Made by a program: the position numbers and the translations under genes | In this document: in pieces, positions 11,001 to 24,125 of the stretch | Layout: each line of letters opens with the position of its first letter | How positions within the stretch are numbered: the stretch's first letter is position 1 | Notes under the pieces: generated by a model | The model's database searches: none | What the model saw: the letters and a program-made list of their open reading frames with translations, nothing else | Told to the model about the DNA's origin: nothing | Source: Glycera tridactyla | Lineage: Eukaryota | Direction of reading: 5' to 3' | Length of the DNA stretch: 64,000 nt | Assembly (NCBI GenBank): GCA_965644265.1 | Contig: OZ286465.1 | Coordinates: forward strand, 78,678,001-78,742,000

Positions 11001-14000
11001 CTCTCCATCTTAATTGTCATGTTTCTCTGATTGTCTATTTCAGGTGCATACTGATGTGAAGCGCCTTTGAGCTCAATGAGGAAAAGGCGCTATATTAATG
11101 TCCATTATTATTATTAGTAGTAGTAGTATACCAGCCATTTACAAATGGTTACCCTATAAGTGTGTGAGGTGAACGTACAGTAAAACCTGTGACGAGCGAC
11201 CCCCCAACGAGCGACCACCTCTCTTGAACGACCATTTTTCCCACCACAATACCAAATACTTCTAAAATGACCTCTGATGAGCGACCACCTGTCTAACGCG
11301 ACCAGTGACGGGCCTAAATAGTCCCAATTACCTGCGACAAACGACCACTTGAGGCGAATCGCCATCTTGAACATGGCTGACATGGGCGATAATCAAGTAA
11401 CCGTGTATGAAAGAACTACTCACGATTTTACAAGTTCACGCTTCGCTGCATCAATCCATCATCAGTCTCGTGACGAATTACATGGGCCCCATCAACAACG
11501 AGGATGTGAAATGGCGGGATTTGAATCTGTATCAATGTAAAATCCATCTCCTTTATGAAGGGCTTCAGAAACATATTTCTTATCTATGAAGACGTTTTTC
11601 AGCAGTGTTTATAATAATCTTTCGTTCTATGATGATATTTCTTTGTGGATTCAACATTTCGATCGCAGATTCGTTATTTTCAATGTTGCTAGCGACCGGG
11701 GATACTCGCATAAATTATGCCTAATGAGAGGTTTCCACACCTCGAGATGCCTGTGATGGTTATACGCAGTTCGTTAGACATGGCCGGAAGCGCACGGATT
11801 TCACAGTTTATGGCGAATAACAGTGATTTTGTTACAAATTGGAGAATATGGGTCCCGGGACCCAAGCTTCAGCAAATCAATGGGTCCCACCCCCAACTCA
11901 ATGGGTCCCAAGCCCAACTCAATGGGTCCTACCCAATATATTTATTGCCATTTTACATTCAACACCCGAAAAAAAATGTTCATCATTCAAACGATACAGG
12001 GCAATTTATTTGATAAGCTGGCATTAAACATCTTTCGGAATTTTTTCGAAATTGTCATAGAGGATGAACAAGCCACATTTTTCGAGACATGAGATTCAAA
12101 GAGCATCTTACACTGAATAATAGCGATACTTCCTCATGAATATATTGGTTTTGTCAAGAATGGAGTCTATATATGACCTCTCCATGTGATTTGCGTGTAT
12201 TTCGCGAAACATTCGTTGATTATCAATGTTTTTATTCAGCGAAAGGTTAGTGGGCGATATTGGGAGTATTTGCTATGTAAACATGTGTTCGCGCCCAGGC
12301 CCAGTTGATCGAACCTGCGACCAGCGACCACCTGTCTTGAACGGCCACTTTTTCGTGCTTTTTAGCAGTGATGAAAGTTTTCAGATAATTATCTGAATTC
12401 AGATATTTTGGCATAGATAGCCCACCTTTTCAGATATTTCGATCACAATGAAAATTTCCGGACCAAGACTGATTTCAGATATTTTTCATGATAGCAACTT
12501 TCATCCCTGTTTTAGGGTGGTCGCTGTTCACAGGTTTTACTGTAGTCAAATTGCTCCACAAAATGGACGATAGTTATGTCTAGATTGAGTGGCAATCCCA
12601 TAGTGAAAACATTACCATCTCCAACGGAAAAACATAGGAAATAAATTTTGCAAACATTGACATTTGGTAACTAGTGTGACCTTTCAGCATCTTCCACTCA
12701 AATTCAAAATGGCCATCATACAAAATAACGAACGTCGATGATGTCTTTTGTTGGAATATAAGCAATCGATCGTTTAGTCAGGTAGAAAAAATGGTGAATT
12801 TGACATTTGATATGTGCCCTGTCCTGAAAAGCAAATATAGTCAAACCTCTCTATAAAGACCACCTTCAGTTGGATAAAAAAGGGAGGTGGTCCACTGTTG
12901 AAAATAATGCCACAGTCGCAGCTCAGGGTGGCCTTTAGAGAGGTGGTCTTTATAAAGAGGTGGTCTTCAGAGGAGGTTCTGTAATACAGTAAAACCAACG
13001 ACGAGTGACCCCCAAGGAGAGACCACCTCCGACCGGAGACCCCTTTCCAGGGCAGCTTTTTGATTCGACGTAGACACTGCAAATATACCTCTGACGAGAG
13101 CCCACCTCTTTTGAGAGGTCTCTTGATTGGGGTCTCTCATCATAGGTTTCATTGTATGTCCCAAATTTTGAAGGGAATTGAATTTAATTAGAAAGCTACC
13201 TCGTTCGTATACAATGTCTGAAAATGATGTCAAAAAATTATCGCAATAATGGATGGTAGGCCGACAAGAGATGTGCAGAGAGATTAGATGACCAGGGACC
13301 AGTTATATATGAGGGTATTTGCATAAGCTGTCTGTATTGGTCATGTTAGATACCCTGGTTATTCCCAGAACTGTGGCGGTTGCATGATCGTATGCAATCA
13401 TGTATTTATCTATGTGTATATTCCAGTGTGAGGTCAAGACTGCTATCACAGTTGAACCTGTCTATAAAGGCCACCTTCGATCACATCAAAAAGGGGTCTT
13501 TATAGAGAGATCATTTGATGTTGTAAATACTATCAAAGCTGCAGCTTAGTATGGCCTTAATAGGCAAGTAGTCTTTATAGAGACATCGTCGCTTGGGCAA
13601 GTTTGACTGTATAGTATTATCTAGGCAAGTTGTTTGTAACTTTCATTGGCCAGGAACACACAGCATCCATAATCCTTTGGGTTGATACATGCTGCTAAAC
13701 CTCAAACGAACAAACAAGTGGCCTTCATTGAGGCATGGTAGCTTGAGCAGGTTTGACTGTATTGTATTATGATTTCGAAAAGAAAAAAAAGAGAGAGAGA
13801 GAGAGAGGGAGGGTGGGTGGGAGGGAGGGAGGAAGGGAGGGAGGGAGGGAGGGAGGGAGAGAGTCAATGTGTGCAAATACTGAAATTTTATTCAACTCCT
13901 TTGTATGTGATGGCCACCATCCTTTATTCACCTGTGACTAAGCATATCAGATAATAAATGCCACTATAGTATAGTTGTAGTCATGCTGGTATGTCATCCC

Positions 14001-17000
14001 AGGGGAGGTGTGTGTGGGGGGGTGTTCGGGTATCTGATCTCTGCTGTGCAGGTATTTAGCACCCTCATACTGGTACTGAACTGATGATTGCCTCCTGTCA
14101 CAATAGCTCCACATGACAGCTGGCTACACTTGACAACACCTTGTCCCATCTGCTCTGGTCCCAGCCATTACTAACCATTGTTCTGGCCTGTTATGAAGAA
14201 TAAGATCCAGAATTTGACCTTTATTTCCATATTCTGTGTTGCATCCAGTAGGGAGATGTGCATCAGTCAACACGCAATTGTTATCTTTGGCCACTTTGGA
14301 AAATGATGCTAAGCCAAATCCCCCATATCTTACAGTGAAACCTGCGACGAGAGACCACCTGTGAAGAGGAAGTTTGGAATCCTATCATTCGATTATTGCA
14401 GATATTGGCGTCATTAATCTCAAACATAGCCTCCACTGAAGGCGCCCCTCGCCTGAACGAAGCTAAGTCAAATGCCTCAAATAATGCAACACACAGAGAC
14501 GGAACTCAATTTTCATATATGGCTTGGATCCGTTGTGGCTGATGCTTATTGAAAGTCCGCATATGGCTTGCATTCATTTAGAGGTGTCTAAGGACAGCCA
14601 CCTCCTTTAGAAAAAAATCATCTCTGACAAAGATTTTTTGTCCCCCAAATTGATAGGACTTGTTGAAAGTCCCCATCCATGGCTGGAGTCTGTTATGGAA
14701 TGTGATTGATTGCATCAGTGTCAAGTTTGGTGTGGCTTGGGTGTCATTGGGGATGGTTGGGTTTTAGTGTATTTGTATTGCATATCAAGCAAGCAGTAGA
14801 AATCTTGATTGGTTGCTGATGGTACCACCATGACCACTGTTTAGAACCCTACACACCTGTAGGGCTGTGTGCTTATTGGAAAGAAGAAGACACCTCTGGC
14901 CCTCACCTGCATAGGTGGCCCCTGCCTCTGAGCTGCACCCTTATGACAAGGTGCTGAACAATATAAAAATAGCTCCAACAGGTGACATTGAACCCTGCGA
15001 CAATGAGTAGGGTGGGATCCCCCCCCCCCCACACACACACACATCAGCACCCTCCCTCATAGATGAGGGTCAGTGACAGGCTGGGTGATAATTGGGGGTG
15101 TAGCTACCTGCAGAGACTTCTATGGGAGCATGTGGTCCACCTGACCACCTATTGAGTGAGGGACACCATTTCATGAGTACTTGCTAAAGACATCCTTATG
15201 ATGACAACTGGATGTCTCCATAGTGGATACTTGTGCTTGTAGGAGTAAGACATCAAGTTATCAAGGAAGATCACCTTGCTTGATCCTTATGGAACTTCAA
15301 TTTTGGACATTCTTGTCATTTGGATAGCTACTGTGACTTGCACATTGGATACATTTCGGAACCCCACCATTCAGTTGGATATATTTAAATCTATGTAATG
15401 TCAAATTCCAAGATTCATCAAAGTTTGGATTGAATAGATGCAAATATTGGATTATTCAAGATTGTGGATCTACAAGAGAATATGGAAATATTGTTAAGTG
15501 TGTGAGAATTTCAATGCCAGTCTGAATTGGGTGATATGTCCATGAATTATTGTGGAATATCAACTTCTTTAGGAAAGAAAGTGTGCCTTTGAGTAGTTAG
15601 TCTCCCATTTCTGTTGGTTTCTGTGTTGTATCTTGTCTGTCGGTCTCGGTCTCTGTGTCTGCCTCTCTGTCTGCCTCTCTCTGTCTGTCTTTCTTGGTTT
15701 CACTGCNNNNNNNNNNNNNNNNNNNNNNNNNNNNNNNNNNNNNNNNNNNNNNNNNNNNNNNNNNNNNNNNNNNNNNNNNNNNNNNNNNNNNNNNNNNNNN
15801 NNNNNNNNNNNNNNNNNNNNNNNNNNNNNNNNNNNNNNNTTTTCCACTTCCAATGTCTTGTCCAGCCTTGAGTAATGATGGAATGAACCAGGAAGGAGTG
15901 CAGCCCCTGGAGTAGAAGCATGACTAAATGTTGGGCCTGACTAATAGCCTGGCAGAGTGAGATGCGTAGTACTGGGGGATGTTGAAGATAATGATTCATT
16001 CCAGCTCCCTCTCTCCAACAGCAATTTCCATCCTGTTCGTCATCCATAATCCTTGGATTCTACCATTGGTATATCCTGTCATAGTCATTAGCTATCCAGA
16101 AATTGATGGATTGTACTCATGATAGGCCATAATGGAGTCCATCTTTGTGCATCGGGATTCTTCATGGACTATGTTAAGTCATTACCATGTATCGCTTATA
16201 GCCATACACAGTTCAACCTGCCCTAAGCATGTACTGTACTGAGCAAAAACTTATCTTGCACAACCATGCTGTATAATAATAGCCCAATGGTGGTGGTGGT
16301 GGGGGGGGGGGGGGGGGTAATCTTCTTTTTTATGCTAGTGATCCCAGGACAAAGGTCAAGGTCACTGGATCTATTTATATGTTCTCATATTTCACAGAAT
16401 AACTCAAGTTATCATTGTTGGATATGGACCAATCCAATATGGTATATGATAACCCAATTATGGGACATGTCCTTCAGTATACAGGGCTCATGGTGTGACA
16501 TCTTAACTTCAGTGCTTGTGACCCTCGGTTGAAGGTCAAGGTCACTGCAGCTTCGAATGATCAAAAAAGATGGCATCTATGTACAATTTCAGGGTTTCAA
16601 GTTATGAAGCACTTACTATCTCTGATCTCTATCTCATATTACACATCAGGTGCCACAGCTGAAGGTTTCTTCCAGGATATCTTGATGGAGTTCAAATTTA
16701 TCACCATCATCAGCATCATCTCCAGTATTCATTGATGACACAAACATTTTTATGAAGACTTAGACAGGATTGGACATGCTACTTGGATGACGGATATATA
16801 TGGTTTTGTTTCTGTATGAGATTGAGGTTTACACGATGGTGTTTGAAGGCAGTTGTTGGCGCCATTCATCGGTGGACTGTGACGAAGTTGATGACGAAGA
16901 TGATGAGGTGTTTCATGCAACACCAATCTCGAACAATTCATCTCCGTTGATCTCGCCTCTCTTTGGTGATGTTGCATCTTTTGTGACACCGCCAAGGAAG

Positions 17001-20000
17001 TATTACCAGAAATCATCCCCCTTTCACAATATATTTACTCGGCGGAGATCATTTAAATTGAAGAACAGGAGTTTAAGCTTTGAATCGTCTTCCCAAAAAC
17101 ACATGCCACAATTGATAGGTTCTGGCTCTTTGCCCAGTTCTCCTACAAAACAGCCCTATGGATGCCAATGCAGCCCAAAACAGCAGGTAAGATAAACAGT
17201 CAAACTTGCCCCAAGGGAGACATTTAAAAAGCAATGATCATGACTTGCTCCAATTCACAGGACATTGTTGATCCCATCGGGGTATTTTTCATGAGTAGTG
17301 CCCGGACTTGGTTACAGAAGGGATGATTGATCAATCGAACTCAACAGGGAGTGATCATTGATTGAATATTTGCATCTACCAAAGCACCAAAAATGCAGTT
17401 TAGGTTAGATGGGACCAAATGCTGTGAATCAACTCCACTTACACATTTGATGATCATATTTGTGAAAATGTTCGCCATCGATGTGATGAACTCACTTGGC
17501 AAACAACCTTCTAAGCAGCGTGCTCCGCCATCTTGTACACCCCTGTCAGACTATGGGGGCGAGGTGGCCCATTCCGCATTCTCCATAACTTGTACGATTT
17601 TGGCGGCTGAATTCCGCAATTCCGCATATATGCGCTAAAGTTCCGAATTTCGTCCTGGTCGCGACTTGTCAAAAATAATCAGCAGAAAAAACGAATAACG
17701 AGAAATTGGCGGAAAACGTCTAGTCATTTCGTCATTACGAATGATATTTGGCCATCTTAATTGAGAGCTGCGCAGACGCTTGCCGTGAGACCCGTAAATA
17801 CGTCTTCTGCACATGTTGTTTTCGCGTTAGTTTCCGATAAGTCCGTGATGTGGCGCTGTTCGCGAGCCGATCGCGGCGCCACACGGTGCGTAGTGAGATC
17901 AATGCGAACTATCAGCAGCTTCGTTTTGGTGCGAAAATTTGAATGCCAGTTTCGTGAACATGTCAGATTGACAACCAGTACCCAGTCAAACCTGCTCAAA
18001 CCACTTTCCTACTAATTTTTCATGTTTTTTTAAATCAAATTTTATTTCATATCTAATGTTTTTCAACTAACTCTATATGAATTGGCTATAGTGTCGTACA
18101 GTTTAATGCCATAATACCACTTCTAGACATTGAGAAAGGTTCCTGAAAATTGGTTACAGAAAATGGGCCTGGGTTACTGAAAATGGGGTCTCCAGGTACT
18201 GAAACAGATGTTTGGAGGTTGGCAGCCCTGGGGGGGGGGGGGGCATCTCGTCTAGATTAACCTTGGGTGGCCGGGGTTAACCCTGGCCGATGACCAATAC
18301 AGTTCTCAATTTGTTCACAGATGGTCAAAAAGTGTGTGAGTGTGTGTGCATGGGTGCATATATGCAGTCTCTGGGTCGTCTTTGTCATGGCTGTTGACAC
18401 AGACCGGTCACAACAGGAACAAGACTGAAGCATTGACAGGATGAAGTTGGCACTCATTTTGTTGTCACTCAATGGATACTGCCTGAGAGAGGTTGGCCAG
18501 GTGCCAAAATGCTACCTGAAGATGTGGTCCTGGTTGTTTAATGAAATCCATGGTCTTATCTCATGGTTTCATCTCGGATGACTGGGATATATTGCAGTGA
18601 CTGAAGTTTGCCATGAAATTTTAACATTTAGTGATGATGAACATAAGGAATATTATGAAAAATGCATGGTGTCATTTCATGGATCTTGTTAGATCAGAGT
18701 CCTATGTTCACTTCTATTGTACATTGAGTGGATTTGCAGTGACATCGTATTGACTCCGTGATATCAGTTTCAGGGTCTAGTTCAATGAGCCTAGAGTATC
18801 GAAAAATTGCTGAGAACCGATCTCCCATGGCACTCATTTGGCCTGTACAAAGTTGCCCTTCGGCGTGCACTTAGCCAAAGACCATATCTATATTGTCTGG
18901 AAATCTTGGGACTCTTAACTCAATTCTAGATATTGACATGTGAACATACCCTAATCACAGGGCCCTGCATTGTCCAAAATACTTAGAGGCTAACTGGCTC
19001 CACAGGTGAAATTTTTGGTAGCCAGTGTGAATTTTTTTAACCAGTCAGTATATTGCTAATTACAACTTCTCAAAATATCAGGGGTGGCTGGCTCCTAACT
19101 TCTAAAATATGGTAGCCAGTGGGTAAATTTGGTAGCAATTGCCTAAAATGCTTGATTACCACTATAAAGCCTGATTAATTTTTTGGCATGACTGCAGTCA
19201 AGAATCAGCATCAGAATATCAAATTCTGTTCTGTGTCATAATCTATGTCCAGCATGGATCAAGAACAGTTGGTATTGGTGTTGCATTTAAGAAAATTCCT
19301 TTCTTCAAGTGGAGCTCAAATTTTGAAATTACTTAAGAGACAGCTATCGATAACTCCTGTGATAGAAAACTTAGTTTGAATGAAGCTTATTCACTAATTG
19401 ATGTGAGGTACCCAGGGCAGCTTCCAAGTTTGCATTGTAACATTATTTCAGTGCATGCTGAAACTACCCGTCCATGTTATTTTTCTCATCCTAAGAAGTA
19501 TTTTTCTTGCTTTGGGAAAAATTTGGACACCCTGTTTTGGCTGGCCGGCTGACACTGACACCCTGAGCTCAGTTGAACATGTTTGAAGAACACCTCAGTA
19601 CAGAGTTTACCAAGACAGCAATCGTATGGAATATACGGCAACAAGGAATATTGTTTGCTCATCTTGTGTTATTGTTCGTTATTGGCTGGCTTTTAGCATG
19701 TTTCGATGCACATTGAATCCTATGACAGCACACTGCTTCAAATGCCTCTACAAGAACTGCCTGCTCTGAGAATAATCTTAGTAAACATGATGTGTCTATA
19801 GGAGACAAAGAGAACTTATTAAAGTGGTGCCATCAGTGTTACTTCAGTCATGGAATATGTCTTATTTCTTGAAAGCCACTAGGCCATGCCCTTACAGTGA
19901 CATAAACTTCTGCGGTATCATTAATATTTACATGTATTACAGAGCCTGCTGGACAAGTGTAATCCACCACTTTCACAGAAACAGTTGCATGGAGTCATCA

Positions 20001-23000
20001 CCAAGTGCATGTTCAGGTTCTAATTGTGTTTCAGACATGGTACCAGACAGCGTAATCATCACCACAAAAATGCTGTCTATAAAACTAATGATGCGACGCT
20101 GTCTTCTATGTTTACAGGTGCCGGTTCGACCAGGTGTAACATTAAAAGAAGCTCTTAACAAGGCTATGAAATTACGGGAGCTGAAAGCAGAAAATTGTAT
20201 AGTATATAGATGTTCTCCAAGGTGAGTTACATTAGCATCTGTCGCTCAGAAATGATGAGAAAATTTCATATTCATCATCATTTTTCAACTTTTCATAACC
20301 TCTCCAGTAGAAAAGAACTAGTCTGGTTGGAAGTGTACTCATAAATGAGAGATATATTTTTATCCATGTCTGTATTTGGGAATGCTTAGGTATGAACTTT
20401 TCAATATAATGTGCTGTGAAGTAATGACAAAATCATCTTTCTCATACTGGCAGCACAGGGCAAAGGCATGATGAAAGTTCAACTTCTTCAACAAATACTA
20501 CCATTTGAGCTGTCAACCAATCAGAAAGATTCATTCAATGATAAAAACAGTGCCCTAATGATCTGAAATAGATATTTTACTATCACTGGAGTGGATATCC
20601 CACACACAGTTTTTGCAATGAAAGGGATTGACAAGAGCCACCATTGAAGCTACTTAATATTGCCCACATCTCAGCCATCAACTGTGTGAGTCAGGGAATG
20701 AGGGGTATCAGCCAAACTCATGTGTCCATTCTACGTATTTATCAATGCACATCTCAGCAGAATACTGTATGCATACTATATTTGGACATGAACCTAGATT
20801 TTGGTTCAAATCATAATGTTTGAATTGAGGAAGTGCAATAGATAAACTTTGTCTTAAGAAGTATGTAATTGCATGTACCGTACTATCAATTCCACTTTCT
20901 TGTGACGCTCATTTTTCATGATTTCCTCTGCAAAAATGTGGAAAGAAGTCATTTTTCAGTGTGTGAAATGTGAAATCCAGTCTGTGCTCATTAAACCTGG
21001 TGGCATAAATATCAAAGATGTGTGGTGCCATTAGACGTGTGACCTGCGATTGTGACATAGAATATTGGGATTGTATGTCATCTATACATAAACAAAGTAA
21101 CTAATGTCGGGAACTCAGCAAACGTGAGTAAATACAATGTCGTCACCCGTAAAACAAGGTTGTATTCATTGCGACAATGAGTCCTCTTGTTGCCCATGCA
21201 GTTATAACATTTGTCAATATATTTTCACTTGAGAAATGTGGCAAAAAACCGTGGTCACAAACAAAGTGGAATTGACTGTAGTGTGCAAATTGAGACATCC
21301 GACCCTGAAACAAATCCATGCCAGTGGATTCAGGAGTTCCTATCTTTCACTATTGATTTTATCAATTTGATGAATGAACCCAACCCATATTTCAACTTTT
21401 GTTTCTTATGCATTTCAGAACGATAGTGTCATGGGAGACGGATATTGCTTTACTGGCTGGGCAGGAACTGTCAGTTGAAATGAAAGAACATGGTATTACG
21501 TTCCCACGCACCAGTATATCACATAACTTCGTAAGTTTCCATCAGTCCATCTGATGCCTTTCTCCTCTACTGTGATTTCAACCTTTCAGCCAATGTGTGT
21601 TTGTGATGGATGCAGATTTGCGTAATGAAAATTCTGGAACCTCTTCTGAAGAAATTGCAAGATGATGATGTTGACATATGCATCTGATGACTTTTTTTAA
21701 GGGAAATATGGTACGCCCTGTTATCAATCTATGAATTCATTGCCGCTGTCCACAGATCACTTCTTTTACTTTGACAGTGATCTTAGCCACTCTGCCTTAG
21801 ATTGAATCTCTCTCGAACTTCTGCTGTTGAATGAGTGGAACTGTTAGATCCAACTTCATTTTCTCAGAAGAAAGTTGATTTGTGCATGATTCAGGGTGCA
21901 GTGTCTGCCATCTTGGCAAAGGAAAGCAAGCGGAGGTGGATCTGTGTAGGCTGGAAGCTGAAGTCTTTGTTTGATGCAAAACAAAATTTCAAATTCATTA
22001 ATGATGCATGAAGTAGGAAGTCAGTACAGTGGAACCAGTCATGAGCAACCACCTCTTCTGAACAACTGATTTTTTGCCAATATACCTCATACACTGAAAA
22101 CCTGCAAAGAAAGACTGCTGTAAATCTCCCCCAAAAGTGGCGAAAATTGATGTTTATACAGCAAGAGATTAGTGAGTGTTGTGTACCTGTCTCTCAGGTG
22201 GAGAAGTTCACGGTACACACTCTAGGCTTTGTTGGTGGGAAGCTTTCAAGATCCATCCGAATCCTTTCATCAGCCCTTGGCAAATGCGATTCTTAGCTCG
22301 AATCATGTGACCGCCTGGTGGTGGTGGGGTTCACGTGATGATCTCCTGATACTCAGGAGGGTGTGTCGACCCTGGTCCTGATTGTACCTGTCTTGTGGCT
22401 GGGCACATTTGATCACACCTCTGACCAGTGACCACTTATTTTGAGCACTATATTTTCCATGACAAATAGGGCGGCAGCTCGTGACAGATCTCCCTGGAAT
22501 ACTTGAAGTGGGAAAATCGTCTCTGAAAAGTGTTCCTCCTCAGTAGCATTTTGTTTGATTTTATCATCTCCCTACATTTCTCATTGTACTTACGCCATGT
22601 TTCAAGAAATGCATCTGCTCTGTTTCAGGCTCGCAAGACATTTTTCACGTTAGCATTCTGTGATAGTTGCCGAAGACTATTATTCCAAGGTTTTCGGTGT
22701 ACAACCTGTGGATATCGTTTCCATCAGCGATGTGCAGAGAAAGTACCAACGCATTGTCAGCAAGGTGGTGATGACTTTGATGGAGAGATTGAGATGAGAG
22801 AGCAAGCAAAACAGTATGTCCTTATTTATATTACCTGGTCATCTGCTCATTTCTCTCCAATGTATGCTCTCTCCTTTCTTTCACTTACAGCCGATAATAA
22901 ACCCCCAAAATACAGAAAAATAAATTTTCAAAATATAAAAGCCAAAAAGATTGATAGACTTGCAGTTTACCATTAGGTTTTTTACAGTCCAAGTATTGTC

Positions 23001-24094
23001 TGAACATTGTTTGAGAATCAAGCTACAGTAAAACCTGTCTTGGGAGACCGCCCCAAACGCCAACAAAAAGTGGTCTGTCAAGACAGGTGGTCTCATTGGA
23101 GGTATATTTGACTATGTCAAATAGAGAATAGCCGACAAAGAGCGGTCTCCCATTAGAGGGTAGTCTCCCATGACAGGTTTCACTGTATTACTTCAGTCTC
23201 ATATGATGCTGCTGGCATTAAAAAGATGTTAAACATCACTCATTCGATCAATCAGTTAGGCTCAAAACAGTATGATTTTCGTGATAGGCCACCTTGGCCT
23301 GCTGAATGATGTGCTGAAAATGTCAAAATAAAACTTTCGCTCAAAACTGAGTGCATTTTGCAATGAAAGTTAATCAATTTTGTTGTGGGAATGTCTGTGT
23401 GAGGGGTGGTATGTGCTGGGTCATTCAGCTGCTGTTTGTCTGACTGCAGTCTTCACCCAAAAAATTCAGCCACTCTCCCATTGGGAGACCGCTACAAAGA
23501 ATCACTCTCCCAAAAATAAATCCACTTTCCCGTACTTGTGTATGATGAAAAAAATAAAACAAGAGCAAGATAATTGTGTGAATGAACACCTAAACAAGAT
23601 GTGAATGCCAACTTATCTGTGCCATGTGTGTGACTAATGAATCCCACCAACCCATGTTTTGCTGAGGTTTGTTCTTCAGAATCTTACATGTACAGGTATA
23701 TGCTATGCCATCTCATGGAGAATAGGGTTTGTTGTTCGTGGGGTCAAAATTGTGGTTTTCTGTCTTCACAGTTAATCCATCCCTTTCCCATTAGATGAAA
23801 AATTGGGAGAGTGATTTTGGTCTTTTGACTCTCCTGAAATCAAATTCACTCTCCCCAGGATTCGAGAGTGGCTGAATTTGAAGGCTGCTGATCGGGTTGA
23901 TCAGCACATAAGGGTGCTTGCTCCTACGTAGGTGAGGTGAAATTGAATTGTGGACCTACAGTAGAATCTGTAGAACAACCATCTGTTTTCAGCAATCACC
24001 TGTCCATCACCTGTCAATCACCCACTTTCTGATTTCACTGCGATTCATCTTTACCTCGCCTCAACGAAGTTGAAGAGAGGTATTGTCCTCGCAG

Positions 24095-24125
<31 letters not shown>

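Noticed and set aside
15569-16047. ORFs containing X runs (also 58901-59288)
   Set aside because: Artefacts of N gaps
9678-16550. AGGTCAAGGTCA nuclear-receptor DR0 motifs
   Set aside because: Sit inside Helentron-like repeats as part of the consensus; no evidence of function
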